A DNA stretch of 64,000 nt, from positions 84,939 to 148,938 of the forward strand of contig CAVTRM010000010.1 of assembly GCA_963737115.1 (NCBI GenBank), given 5' to 3'. This DNA is from an uncultured Actinomycetota bacterium (GTDB lineage: Bacteria > Actinomycetota > Thermoleophilia > Solirubrobacterales > Solirubrobacteraceae). Within the stretch, counting starts at the first letter, position 1. Each line of letters starts with the position of its first letter. Below the pieces are notes generated by a model. The model had not been told where the DNA came from. It worked only from the letters and a program-made list of their open reading frames with translations, and did no database searches. Both the position numbers and the translations under genes were made by a program. Positions 46,860 through 56,801 of this stretch are shown here, piece by piece.

Positions 46860-48266
46860 CTAACTGACCTTGATGCCCTTGCTGCTGAGCATCGCGCGGC
46901 TGTACCCGACGGCGGTCGCGGTGACTTTCACCGTCAGCGTCTTACCGCGAACCGCGCTTGTCAGCGTGAGCTTGGATTTGCTCGCGCCCTTGATCGCCTT
47001 GCCGTTCGCATACCAGGCGTAGGCATCCGCGCTTCCGGCGGCACCGGTGACCTTGGCCATCACGTTCGACCCGACCTTGGCCGTTCCGGTGATCATGACC
47101 TTGCTTGCCGCCGCGGGAATCGCGAACTTGTCGACCGTCGAGTCGTAAACGTTGGTCCCGGCGCCTTCGGTTCCCTCCGTTGCCGAGAACCAATCGGCAT
47201 ATCCCTCGGTCCCGTTTGGCGACAGCTCGACGCCGGTCAGTACACCCGGGCCCGAGGCGATGTCTGCCTGCTGCAGCGTCGCTCCCAGTCCGTTACCGCT
47301 GATGGCATAGGTGTCGAGCTCGCTGCCACCGGTGCCCGTACCCTGCTCGATCTCGATGATGTTGCTGACGCTCGCGTAGAGCGTCTTGCCGTCCGGGGAG
47401 ACGGCCACACCGAACGCACCGTCAAGTTCCGGGAGCCACGAAACGTCCGATATGCCCGTAGATCCCGCCCTCATCGAGGCTCCGGGGCCGAGCAGGTTGG
47501 CGGCGTAAAGCTCCTTTCCGTTCGGGCTCAGCGCCAGCCCGGTGTCGTAGACCAGCTTGGTGCTCTGGTCATTTGCAATCACCGTGCCTGCAGTTGGGCT
47601 GCTGAGCCGGATCGTCGAAACGCTGCCCTGAGGCACCGAGCCCGTGAGGCCGATCGCGCCCACGTACAGCGTCTTGCCGTTGGAAGCGAGTGCCAGGCCG
47701 GTCGGCTCACCGCCCAGCGTCGTGGTATTCCCGATCTGCGACACAACCGTGTTGTTGGTCGCGCCGCTGCCGCCGACATCTGCAACCAGGACCGCGAAAC
47801 CGCCGCCGCTGGCCGATCCGGTGATGTAAAGATGCCGCCCGTCCGGTGATACCGCCAGTCCAAAGATGGCGGACAGCGGCGCACCGGCTTGGGTGATCGC
47901 GGTCCACGGCGACCCCGGGGCCTTCAAGTTGATGGCGAATAGACCCGTCTGGTCATCCGCCACGTACAGCGTCTTACCGTTCGGGGACGCTGCAACGGCG
48001 ATCGGCTCTGTGGTTTCGCCGGACGGGATCCCGAGCGGGGCGAGTTTCGGCGTCGGTACCGTGGCAGCAGCGTCGAAGCTGGCTGCCGCTGTGATCAGCG
48101 CCGGTGACGGGGCTGTTGCGGCGGCCCTGTCCAGCGCCGCACGTAATGCAGTCGCTGACAGTGTCGTCGCGGACGCGCTGCCCACGCCCACCACTGCCGC
48201 TAGCCCCAATGCAGTAGCCCCTGCTGTGGCAGCCCGCAGCAGGGCACGTCTTCTGGTCCCAACCAT
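46860..48266 (-). CDS. Secreted beta-propeller protein (paralog 2), possible Tat signal
   Basis: MVGTRRRALL; SPNGKTLY repeats; same C-terminal domain. Confidence 0.85.
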   Translation of the reverse strand: MVGTRRRALLRAATAGATALGLAAVVGVGSASATTLSATALRAALDRAAATAPSPALITAAASFDAAATVPTPKLAPLGIPSGETTEPIAVAASPNGKTLYVADDQTGLFAINLKAPGSPWTAITQAGAPLSAIFGLAVSPDGRHLYITGSASGGGFAVLVADVGGSGATNNTVVSQIGNTTTLGGEPTGLALASNGKTLYVGAIGLTGSVPQGSVSTIRLSSPTAGTVIANDQSTKLVYDTGLALSPNGKELYAANLLGPGASMRAGSTGISDVSWLPELDGAFGVAVSPDGKTLYASVSNIIEIEQGTGTGGSELDTYAISGNGLGATLQQADIASGPGVLTGVELSPNGTEGYADWFSATEGTEGAGTNVYDSTVDKFAIPAAASKVMITGTAKVGSNVMAKVTGAAGSADAYAWYANGKAIKGASKSKLTLTSAVRGKTLTVKVTATAVGYSRAMLSSKGIKVS

Positions 48267-48406
48267 CTTGTCTCCTTTGAGCACAATCTGAACCCGTGCA
48301 CGCGCCGGCCGCACCAGCAGGATCCAATGGCCGTTCAGCCCACGCGCGGAGCGTACCACCGGACTGACGCGGCGAACAGAGCGTGAAGCACGAATGTTCT
48401 TGCGGT

Positions 48407-48431
48407 TTGGTGGGCCATAACGGCCCACCAA
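48407..48431. terminator. Hairpin after paralog 1
   Basis: TTGGTGGGCC-N5-GGCCCACCAA. Confidence 0.6.
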
Positions 48432-48438
48432 CGACACG

Positions 48439-49752
48439 TTATTTGACCGTCACCGCCTTGCTCGTAACCGTCGCGCTGTGGTAACCGACAGCAGCGGCCG
48501 TGACCTTGACCGTGAGTTTCTTGCCCGCAAGTGATCCGCCGATCACGAGCTTGGACTTGGTGGCACCGCCGATCGCCTTGCCATTTGCGTACCAGGCGTA
48601 GCTGAGGCTGGCACCGGAAGCGCTCTTGACGGCGGCCGTGACCGCGTGACCGAGCTTCGCCGTTCCGGCGATCGTGACCGCGCTGGCTGCGGCTTTGATC
48701 GCAAACCGATCGACACCAGATGCGCCGGGGCCGCTGCCTGAACTGCTGTAGGTGAGCTGGGCCACATATCCAGCGGTTCCGTTTGACGACAGTGCGATCC
48801 CGAGCGGAACCATCAGACTCTTGAGCACTGTGCTGTTGCTCAAGTTCGCCGCGGTGCCATTTGCCGACAGTCCGAAGGTGTCGATCTCGGCCTTGGTGAA
48901 CGTGACGGCCTGCTCCTGGATCGCAAGCAGATTGAACACAGTTGAGTACAGCGTGCGGCCGTCGGGTGAGACCGCGAGATCGTACGACCCGTAGACCTGA
49001 GGCAGCAACCGCGGCGAGCTCACCGAGGTCCCCGACACCTTCTCCACTGTTGCCGGACCGACGAAGTTGCTCGCGTACAGCAGCTTGCCGTTCGGACTGA
49101 GCGCCAGCCCAGTCACGAACCCGAGATCGGTGGCGCCGTAGCTCGATACCACGCTGCCAGAGGTGCTCGACAGCGTTGCGGAGTCGATCTCAAAAGTCTG
49201 AGTGGAGCCGGTTTCGACTTCCTCACCGACGTAGAGCGTTCTGCCGTTCGGGGAGACGGCCATTCCGGTCGCACTCTGACTCGGTGCGGCCGTGTCGGTT
49301 ACCTGTCCCACAACCGTGTTGTTGGTTGCACCGGAGCCGCCGACGTCAGCGATGTAGGCCACCGTTGGGCTCCCGGAGCCGCCAATGTTGTCGTAGCCGA
49401 TGTAGAGCTTCCTGCCGTTGGGGGAGATCGCAAGCCCTCCTCCGTCGGACAGCGGGCTGCCGCCATCGGTGATCTGCGTGGGCGTCGCGGATGGGTGGGC
49501 TAGGTTGATCGCGTAGACCCCTTCTCCGGATCCGAGCGCGCCGCCGGAGCTGATGTACAACGTCTTGCCGTTGGGCGAGACAACCTCTGACTGCACCAGC
49601 TGGTTGAAGCTCGAATTCAGCGGCACCTTAGTCAGGTTCACGTTAGGTGCGGCATCGGCCGCGAGTGCCGGACCGGCCACTCCAAGGGCCGCGCCAGCCA
49701 CGCCGGCCAGCAGCCCGCCGCGGGCTGCCGACTTCTTGCTAAAAGCCTTCAC
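48439..49752 (-). CDS. Secreted beta-propeller protein (paralog 1)
   Basis: Signal peptide ending ALA-A; SPNGKTLY repeats; same C-terminal domain. Confidence 0.85.
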   Translation of the reverse strand: MKAFSKKSAARGGLLAGVAGAALGVAGPALAADAAPNVNLTKVPLNSSFNQLVQSEVVSPNGKTLYISSGGALGSGEGVYAINLAHPSATPTQITDGGSPLSDGGGLAISPNGRKLYIGYDNIGGSGSPTVAYIADVGGSGATNNTVVGQVTDTAAPSQSATGMAVSPNGRTLYVGEEVETGSTQTFEIDSATLSSTSGSVVSSYGATDLGFVTGLALSPNGKLLYASNFVGPATVEKVSGTSVSSPRLLPQVYGSYDLAVSPDGRTLYSTVFNLLAIQEQAVTFTKAEIDTFGLSANGTAANLSNSTVLKSLMVPLGIALSSNGTAGYVAQLTYSSSGSGPGASGVDRFAIKAAASAVTIAGTAKLGHAVTAAVKSASGASLSYAWYANGKAIGGATKSKLVIGGSLAGKKLTVKVTAAAVGYHSATVTSKAVTVK

Positions 49753-49872
49753 TCTGGTCCCTCATTTCGATTACGGGCCGTGGCACACCAAGACCCGCGC
49801 CCGGTCACGGTGCCGTGACCCTAGGACCTAAAGGCTACATCAATTTCGGACCGCCAGCAGGGCTTATTGCGA

Positions 49873-51654
49873 TCAGCTGATGACCGCGAGTTTGTCGCCG
49901 GCGGAGACCGAAGCCCCGACCTCGACTGCGAGTTCCTGGACCACGCCGGCCTTGTGGGCGGTGATCTCGTTCTCCATCTTCATCGCCTCGATCACGCAGA
50001 TCAGCTGGCCCTCCTCAACGCTCGCGCCCTGCTCGACGTTGAGCTTGAAAATCGTTCCCTGCAGGGGTGATTCGAGCACGTCCCCGCCTGCACCGTGCGA
50101 GGACTTCTCGCGCGCGGCGCGCTTCGGGGCCTTGGTTGCGGCTCCACCACCCGCTGAAGCGGCGGCGCTGCCGCCGCCTGAGAATGCCGGACCAATCACC
50201 TTCACACCGAAACGCTTGCCGGAGACCTCGACCGTGTAGTCCTGCTCGGTCTTGGGTTCCTCGCCGTCGGCGGGCGCCTTTTCCTTCTTCGGGAAAGCCA
50301 GCGTCTTCAGCCACGCGCGGTCCTCGATCAAGTCGCGGCAGGTCTCGGCGTTCGCCCATTGCGGGGTTTGCAGGATCGCGGTATGGAACGGCAGCAACGT
50401 TTTCAGCTCACCGATCTCGTACTCACCCAATGCGCGGACCATGCGGCTCGTGGCCTGCTCGCGATCCGCGTCCCAAACGATCAGCTTCGCGACCATCGGG
50501 TCATACATCGGGCTGATCTCGCTGTTCGGACCGACCCCCGAGTCGACCCGTGTACCCGGACCGGTCGGCTCGCGGTAGTCACTGATCTTGCCCGGCGCCG
50601 GCGCGAAGTTCTTGGCCGCGTCCTCGGCGTTGATACGGCACTCGATCGCGTGGCCGCGGAGCACCACATCATCCTGCGTGTAGGCGAGTGGCTCGCCGGC
50701 GGCGACCTTGATGCCCTCCTTGACGATGTCGATCCCGGTAACCATCTCGGTCACGCAGTGCTCCACCTGCACACGCGTGTTCATCTCCAGGAAGTAATAC
50801 TCGCCGTCCTGCAACAGGCCCTCGATCGTGCCCGCGCCCGAGTAGTTCACTGCGGCTGCGGCATCGGTACCGATCTTGCCGATCTGCTCGCGCAGCCCCG
50901 GGATCGCCTCGACCGCCGGCGCCGGAGCCTCCTCGATCAGCTTTTGATGGCGGCGCTGCAACGAACAGTCCCGCTCGCCGAGATGGATCACGTTGCCGTG
51001 CTTGTCGGCGAGGATCTGAACCTCGACATGCCTCGGGTCCGGGAGATACCGCTCCAGATAGACGGTCGCGTCGCCGAAGAACTTCTCGCCCTCGCGCGCA
51101 GCACCCTCAAACGCGTCCTGCAACTCATCGGCGGTCAGCGCGACGCGAAAGCCCTTGCCACCGCCGCCGCCTGCGGCTTTCACCGCCACCGGGAAACCGA
51201 TCGTCTCATCGATCAGCTTCCGCGCGGCCTCAACGCTCTCGACCGGCTCGGTCGTGCCCGGAACAATCGGGACACCAGCCGCCTGCATCAACTCGCGCGC
51301 CTTGGTCTTAGACCCCATCGCATCGATCGCGAACGCGGACGGACCGATGAACACAATCCCGCGCTCCTCAAGCGCCGACGCGAAGCTCGCGTTCTCGGCC
51401 AAAAAGCCGTACCCCGGATGCACCGCCTCGGCACCCGACCGCTCGACCACCTCAAGGATCTTGTCGATGTTGAGATAGCTCTCCGCCGCCGGCCCGGGCC
51501 CGAGCAGAAAGGCCTCGTCCGCGCGCCGTACGTGGATCGCGTCGCGATCGAGCTCCGAATAAACCGCAACCGTCGCGATGCTGAGCTCTTCGCACGCGCG
51601 GATGATGCGGACCGCGATCTCCCCGCGGTTGGCAATCAAAATCTTCGAGAACAT
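49873..51654 (-). CDS. Acetyl/propionyl-CoA carboxylase alpha subunit (biotin carboxylase + biotin carrier)
   Basis: KILIANRGEIA, HPGYGFLAEN, GGGGKG, ERDCSLQRRHQK, FLEMNTR.QVEH, EAMKM biotin site. Confidence 0.96.
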   Translation of the reverse strand: MFSKILIANRGEIAVRIIRACEELSIATVAVYSELDRDAIHVRRADEAFLLGPGPAAESYLNIDKILEVVERSGAEAVHPGYGFLAENASFASALEERGIVFIGPSAFAIDAMGSKTKARELMQAAGVPIVPGTTEPVESVEAARKLIDETIGFPVAVKAAGGGGGKGFRVALTADELQDAFEGAAREGEKFFGDATVYLERYLPDPRHVEVQILADKHGNVIHLGERDCSLQRRHQKLIEEAPAPAVEAIPGLREQIGKIGTDAAAAVNYSGAGTIEGLLQDGEYYFLEMNTRVQVEHCVTEMVTGIDIVKEGIKVAAGEPLAYTQDDVVLRGHAIECRINAEDAAKNFAPAPGKISDYREPTGPGTRVDSGVGPNSEISPMYDPMVAKLIVWDADREQATSRMVRALGEYEIGELKTLLPFHTAILQTPQWANAETCRDLIEDRAWLKTLAFPKKEKAPADGEEPKTEQDYTVEVSGKRFGVKVIGPAFSGGGSAAASAGGGAATKAPKRAAREKSSHGAGGDVLESPLQGTIFKLNVEQGASVEEGQLICVIEAMKMENEITAHKAGVVQELAVEVGASVSAGDKLAVIS

Positions 51655-51772
51655 GTAGCGGCCGACTCTACCGGTACACAAGCGATCAGGTCTGCGTCAA
51701 AGGTCACGGATCCCCCGTTGCGGCCGGGCTCAGACCGCCGGTGGCGCTCGACGCTGCGACTAAACTCGCGGT

Positions 51773-52981
51773 GTGTCTGTTGCACCCCAAGTGCGCCTCA
51801 AACCCCAGCCGCACACCGGGAAGCTGGGACGCCTGTTCCCGCCGTGGGTCAGATACCCGCTGGCGGTGTACCTCGCCTCGCGAGTGCTGTTCCTGCTGAT
51901 CGCGATTGTCGACGCGATCGTCCGCCACAACCACCTGGGCCAGGAGCTGCAGCAGTGGGACGGTTACTGGTACATCAGGACCACCTACCAGTGGTATCCG
52001 CACACGGTGCTGCCAACCACCGAGACCTATTCGACGCTCGGCTTCATGCCGCTGTATCCGATGTTGATGTGGGCCGTCTGGAAGCTGACCGCACTGAGCG
52101 TGTTCGGGTCGGGGCTGTTGATTTCGATGGTCTTTGGGGTCGTCGCGACGCTTGCAGTCAGCCGTCTGGTGCTCGAGTGGTGGGGCGAGACGCCGATGCG
52201 CCGCGCGGTCGTGTTCTGGTCGCTGTGGCCCGGCACGATCGTCTTCTCGATGGTCTACAGCGAAGGGATCACGGTCAGCCTGATTGCCGGGGCATTCCTG
52301 CTGATGGCGCGCAAACGTTGGATCCTGGCCGGCCTGCTGGCCGGCGCTGCGACCTGCGTTGAGCCGATTGCGCTGGCGGTGATTCCGGCGTGCATCGCCG
52401 CGTTCCTCTACGAGGCCCACCAGAACGGTTGGACCACTCGGGCGGAGCGGCGAGCGCTGATTAAGCCGGGCGTGATGGCGCTGCTGTCGGGTTGGGGAGC
52501 GGTCTCGTTCGCGATATTCCTGTGGCGCTGGACCGGCACGCCGCTGGCCTCATACCGAATTCAGCACGCTCGCTGGCAGGAGAGCACGAGCTTGCTGGCC
52601 ATCCCCCACCGGGTCGGTTACATCATCAGCGACCTCTCAAACCACGTGAACATGCAGGGGCTCGGCCCGGGGTTCAACCTCAACGACCTGGTCGCGGTGC
52701 TGGGGGCGCTGTTCCTGCTCTACGGCCTCTGGCGGCTGTGGAAATGGCGCGACACGGTGCCGGTCTACGCGATCGTGTTCAGCGTGTTCGCGGCGCTGAT
52801 GGTGTTCACATCCGGGGAGACCTCCCCCAACCCGCGCATGCTGGTCTGCATCTTTCCTGTGCTGGCGACGGTCGGCGCCGAGACCACGGGCGGTAAGCGC
52901 GTGGTGTTGTTGAGCGTGACCGTGGCGCTCACGCTGGTGATGAGCTGGCTCACGTTCGTGGGCTCGTGGATGCTGCCCTGA
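51773..52981 (+). CDS. Membrane mannosyltransferase-like protein (GT-C, PIG-V-like)
   Basis: QWDGYWY, F.PLYP, FSMVYSEG, multi-TM. Confidence 0.8.
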   Translation: MSVAPQVRLKPQPHTGKLGRLFPPWVRYPLAVYLASRVLFLLIAIVDAIVRHNHLGQELQQWDGYWYIRTTYQWYPHTVLPTTETYSTLGFMPLYPMLMWAVWKLTALSVFGSGLLISMVFGVVATLAVSRLVLEWWGETPMRRAVVFWSLWPGTIVFSMVYSEGITVSLIAGAFLLMARKRWILAGLLAGAATCVEPIALAVIPACIAAFLYEAHQNGWTTRAERRALIKPGVMALLSGWGAVSFAIFLWRWTGTPLASYRIQHARWQESTSLLAIPHRVGYIISDLSNHVNMQGLGPGFNLNDLVAVLGALFLLYGLWRLWKWRDTVPVYAIVFSVFAALMVFTSGETSPNPRMLVCIFPVLATVGAETTGGKRVVLLSVTVALTLVMSWLTFVGSWMLP

Positions 52982-53069
52982 CCCCCGGAGGTTCGACGCT
53001 GCCAGCCGCGCGGCGGCTCCGACACTCAGGTCGGCTTCGCCGCTCAGGGGGGCGCGACGGCGCGACCCG

Positions 53070-54416
53070 TTACCAGTGGTAGCGGTCAGCGATTTGACGA
53101 TGTACGGCGGAGGTCGGGAACGGCAGCCAGCCGCCCTTGCGCTGATCGTTGCGGATGATCCCGTCGTGAGGACCTGACCTGAGTATCAGGCTCTGGGACT
53201 CGTTGGCCCAGCTCCACAGGTACTTGCGCTGGTCCGCGGGGATCACACGCGCGGGCGCGAGCATCTGACCGGGGTGCGCCCGGATCGCGTCGCGCACGCT
53301 GCCGGTGTAGCTGTGGAAGCCGATCGCGAACAGGATCGGGCTGACCATCGACAGCACGCAGAAGGCCAGCGCCAGCGGCAACAGCCGCTCTCCGCAGCGC
53401 GTGAACGCGGACGCAATCCGCGCACGCATCGCCGCTGCGATCAGCACGAGTTGCACCGCGATGATGAACACCGCCGGCCAGGACCGAGCCGTGTAGGCGA
53501 CCGCCGGCTGGTTCCACAGCAACACCGAGTGGACCACCAGCAGCACGGCGGCGGCCGCGTACAGGACCATCGCCCAGCGCCGGCCCGAAGCTCCCCGATC
53601 CCAGACCATTGCGCCGACCACGAGCAGGCAGGCGGCGACCACCTGCGTTCCTGCGGTATAGGGCTTGCCGATCAAACCCGAGCCGAAGCCCTCGGTATTG
53701 GGGCTGGTATGAAACAGCAGCGTGTAGGCGGCCAGCAGGATCGCCGCGCCTGCAAGCGCGGCGACGATCAGGCTGCAAGTGGCCATCCGCTGATCGCCCT
53801 GCCGTCGCCACTGACGACTGCGCAAGACCGCGAACCACAGCAGCAGCACGCCCCACACGACCATGAACTCGTAGGCCCATACCAGCACCGCCGCGGCGAT
53901 CAGGCAGATCACCATGCGTCTGGTGCTCCAGACGCGGTCGTCCGCCAGCGAGACCACGACCAGCGCCAGCAGCGAGACGGTGAGGTTGAGCTCGTTGACG
54001 CTGAAGATCATGCAGGTCGCAAAGCCGCAGGCGGCGGCGAGCAGCACCAGGCTTGAAAGCCAAGCAGAGCGGCGGGCCGCCCACAGCGCGGCACACCAGA
54101 CCAGTAGCGGTTCGACGATGAAGCCGAGCGACTGCAGCAGCGCCAGCGCGCGCACGTTGGTGATGCCGGCGCTCAGCCCCAGCCAGGCCGGCAGCTCCTT
54201 CAGGTAGTTGACCGCCTCGCGTCCGGCGATCGGCCACGGGTGCCCGAGACGGATGAGGCCGACCAGGTACCACGAGCCGTCGGCGAAGATTGAGGCGCTG
54301 GCCCAGACCAGCACCAGTGCGGTGATTGTCATCGCGCCCATCGCGATCCAAAGGAGGCGGTGAGAGCCCTGCTGCCGGGTCCTCGGTGGTGGATTGCTTA
54401 TGACCGCGTCAGTCAC
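53070..54416 (-). CDS. Polytopic membrane protein (possible GT-C)
   Basis: TM followed by FADGSWY; about 11 TM segments. Confidence 0.65.
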   Translation of the reverse strand: MTDAVISNPPPRTRQQGSHRLLWIAMGAMTITALVLVWASASIFADGSWYLVGLIRLGHPWPIAGREAVNYLKELPAWLGLSAGITNVRALALLQSLGFIVEPLLVWCAALWAARRSAWLSSLVLLAAACGFATCMIFSVNELNLTVSLLALVVVSLADDRVWSTRRMVICLIAAAVLVWAYEFMVVWGVLLLWFAVLRSRQWRRQGDQRMATCSLIVAALAGAAILLAAYTLLFHTSPNTEGFGSGLIGKPYTAGTQVVAACLLVVGAMVWDRGASGRRWAMVLYAAAAVLLVVHSVLLWNQPAVAYTARSWPAVFIIAVQLVLIAAAMRARIASAFTRCGERLLPLALAFCVLSMVSPILFAIGFHSYTGSVRDAIRAHPGQMLAPARVIPADQRKYLWSWANESQSLILRSGPHDGIIRNDQRKGGWLPFPTSAVHRQIADRYHW

Positions 54417-54617
54417 GTTGTGAGCCTAGCGGCAGTGGTTCCGCCCAGCTATCGGCTGGGACGCCTCAGCTGCACGGGCCGCAGCTCCGGTAGAGCGATG
54501 CGTGCGGATCTTGAACGCTGCCTTGACTCGCTGAAAGCACGCGGTATGGTCGGGCGGTGGCCCGTAGCGCCACCGCCGTGATGACACCCGCGCCACGCGC
54601 GAAAAGGGACATTCATC

Positions 54618-55808
54618 GTGAATCGAGGGATCGGGATGCGCCATCTTGGTCGATATTGTTGGCTGCGCGGTTTCGCAGTCACTGCAGCGTTGGTAGCGGT
54701 GTTGGGTTTATACGGGACCGCGGTGACTGCCGTGGGCGCGCCGCTGGCCGCCGCGAAAGCACACTGGGTCCAGGTCAGGAGCCCGGACGCCGGCGTGATA
54801 AAGGGGTTGAGCTGTAGTTCACCGTCGTCGTGCCTTGCGGTCGGATTCGCGAACAATGGCGACTCAGAAGTGGCGGAAGCATGGAACGGCCACGCGTGGC
54901 GGTCCGTAACTCCCGCCGCTCCGGCCGGCTCGACTTTCGCACTGTTCGAAGGTGTCGACTGCACAAGCTCCCACATGTGCGTTGCGGTCGGCGGCTACGA
55001 CCAGGGCAGCGACTTTCTGCCACTGGCCGAGAAGTGGAACGGCTCCTCGTGGAAGCGGCTGACGACTAGCAGCGTCGGCAGCTCCAGCGGCTTCAACGCG
55101 GTTTCGTGCCCGAACTCCAGCAGCTGCTGGGCGGTCGGTACCGCGAACAGCAAGCCGCTGGCGGAGCACTGGACCGGCCATTCATTCGCAACCGTGAGCA
55201 TGGTGGCCAAGGGCCAGGATGACCAGGTCAACGGGATCAGTTGCCGTGCAGGCAGTTGCGTCGCGGTCGGCGGCGACACGCTCGGCACCCTGACCGAGCG
55301 CTCTACCGGCAAGGGCTTCTCGGTGATCACCGGCGGCAGCACACCGAGCAAGACGATTGGCGACCTGTGGGCGGTCTCGTGCGTGAGCGCCAAGCATTGC
55401 GTTGCCGCCGGAGAGAGCGACGCGAAGACCGGGGGCGCGATCCGTACGCTCACCGAGGTCTACAACGGCAAGCGCTTCAAGACCTTCGCTTCACCCGACC
55501 CAACGCATCTGAAAGTTCCCTACAACTCGCTGTATGGGATCAGTTGCACTTCGTCGACGAATTGCTGGGCCGCCGGCGAGGGCGGCGCGTACGCCTTTGG
55601 TGGTCCGAACCCGACCTCAAAGGACCGCTCCACCGACGCCGTGCATTGGAACGGCAAGCGCTGGTCGGTGGTCGGCAGCGCGAACCCGAACAACAAGCCG
55701 AGCGGGTTCCTGGCGATCTCCTGCAGCCGCGCGAGCAGCTGTATGGCGGGCGGACTATGGGAACCCACGGGTACTCAAGAAACACTGATCGAGAAGCTGA
55801 AGGGCTGA
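54618..55808 (+). CDS. Secreted Cys-rich repeat protein
   Basis: Seven repeats of (L/V/I)(S/D)C.S...C.A.G, mostly followed by E.WNG..W; signal peptide. Confidence 0.8.
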   Translation: MNRGIGMRHLGRYCWLRGFAVTAALVAVLGLYGTAVTAVGAPLAAAKAHWVQVRSPDAGVIKGLSCSSPSSCLAVGFANNGDSEVAEAWNGHAWRSVTPAAPAGSTFALFEGVDCTSSHMCVAVGGYDQGSDFLPLAEKWNGSSWKRLTTSSVGSSSGFNAVSCPNSSSCWAVGTANSKPLAEHWTGHSFATVSMVAKGQDDQVNGISCRAGSCVAVGGDTLGTLTERSTGKGFSVITGGSTPSKTIGDLWAVSCVSAKHCVAAGESDAKTGGAIRTLTEVYNGKRFKTFASPDPTHLKVPYNSLYGISCTSSTNCWAAGEGGAYAFGGPNPTSKDRSTDAVHWNGKRWSVVGSANPNNKPSGFLAISCSRASSCMAGGLWEPTGTQETLIEKLKG

Positions 55809-55810
55809 AA

Positions 55811-55848
55811 TCGGTGGGCCGGGCCTGGGTTCAGGTGCGGCCCACCGA
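55811..55848. terminator. Hairpin between convergent genes
   Basis: TCGGTGGGCCG...CGGCCCACCGA. Confidence 0.65.
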
Positions 55849-55900
55849 AGTCGCCGTCGGCGCTTGCCGACAACGCGCCCGCCGGCGCTCGGGGTGCCGC

Positions 55901-56263
55901 TCAGGTCTTGCCCGAGATGATGTCCCAGGCGCGTCGCAGCTTGTGGTGGCGGAACTCCGACGCGGACTCGGCCGGGTCGTCGCGCATGACCGCGGGGTTC
56001 TCGGTCGGCTCCGGCAGCTGCTCGCAGGCGGCGCGGTCGAGGTTCAGGATCACACCGCGCTCGTAGATGGCGTCGATGTCATCGGCGTCGGCGAAACGGT
56101 GCCCCGAACCGAAGGCATGTTCGCCGATGATGATTCCGTCGAACACATCTTCGGACTCGTCCGCGAGTACGTGCGTGACGGTGCCGATCTGCTGCTCGTC
56201 TGAGCTGTAGACCGCAGTCCGCTCCGCCAATGCTCGATATGCGATCGGGTCTCCGAGGTCCAT
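55901..56263 (-). CDS. Hypothetical protein (PRC-barrel-like)
   Basis: MDLGDPIAY...VYSSD..QIGTV.HVLAD...DVFDGI. Confidence 0.75.
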   Translation of the reverse strand: MDLGDPIAYRALAERTAVYSSDEQQIGTVTHVLADESEDVFDGIIIGEHAFGSGHRFADADDIDAIYERGVILNLDRAACEQLPEPTENPAVMRDDPAESASEFRHHKLRRAWDIISGKT

Positions 56264-56304
56264 CGAACGAGCATAACGCCGGCCGTCTCGGCCGGAGCGA
56301 AAAA

Positions 56305-56748
56305 CTACCTGTGCGCGCGGCGCCAGACGGTCTCGGCGTCGTAGTCCTTGTTCGGCCCGCGCACCTGCCAGCGCTCCACAATCAGCTCGTCGGAGTGCAG
56401 CTCGAACGCGAGCCGATAGTCGTCGGCGTGGCACGGATGCAGAGCCTCGGCGTTGCCGCAGCTCAGATCGAGCTCGAAGAATGGACGTCCGTCGGCGAAC
56501 CACACCGCGACCGCACCATCGGGAAGACGGGTCAGCTTCAAGGCCCGATGGCTGGGACCACTATGCGATCCGAATTCAACTCGTCCACACTCCTCGTACG
56601 CAGCCACGCTCGGATCCTCGGGATCCAAGATGACGGTTGCGACGCCCTCAAAGACCCCGCGGTGCCCGCTGATCCGGTCGTCGAGCTCGCGTCTCAGCGA
56701 CCAGTTCCCAAGCAGCAGTGAAAACGTGTCGCTCACATCCATGAGCAT
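56305..56748 (-). CDS. DUF6314-like protein
   Basis: G.W.L.R, YEE.G, FADGRPFF, H.C..D.Y, W.V.GP.KDY pattern. Confidence 0.7.
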   Translation of the reverse strand: MLMDVSDTFSLLLGNWSLRRELDDRISGHRGVFEGVATVILDPEDPSVAAYEECGRVEFGSHSGPSHRALKLTRLPDGAVAVWFADGRPFFELDLSCGNAEALHPCHADDYRLAFELHSDELIVERWQVRGPNKDYDAETVWRRAHR

Positions 56749-56801
56749 GACGCAAACCAGCGATCAGGGCCGGTCCAGCCCGGCCTCAGAAAGACGACGA
56801 A

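Noticed and set aside
48378..48404. Minus-strand near-match to the ECF motif (CGCAAGAA-N14-GCTCT) upstream of propeller paralog 2
   Set aside because: Four mismatches including the -10 core; too weak to call.
49821..49840. TAGGACCTA as a DtxR/MntR box
   Set aside because: Too short and wrong spacing relative to TTAGG-N9-CCTAA.
48407..55848. Two hairpins sharing GGTGGGCC/GGCCCACC stems as a REP family
   Set aside because: Only two copies with different loops, both directly after stop codons; adequately explained as terminators.
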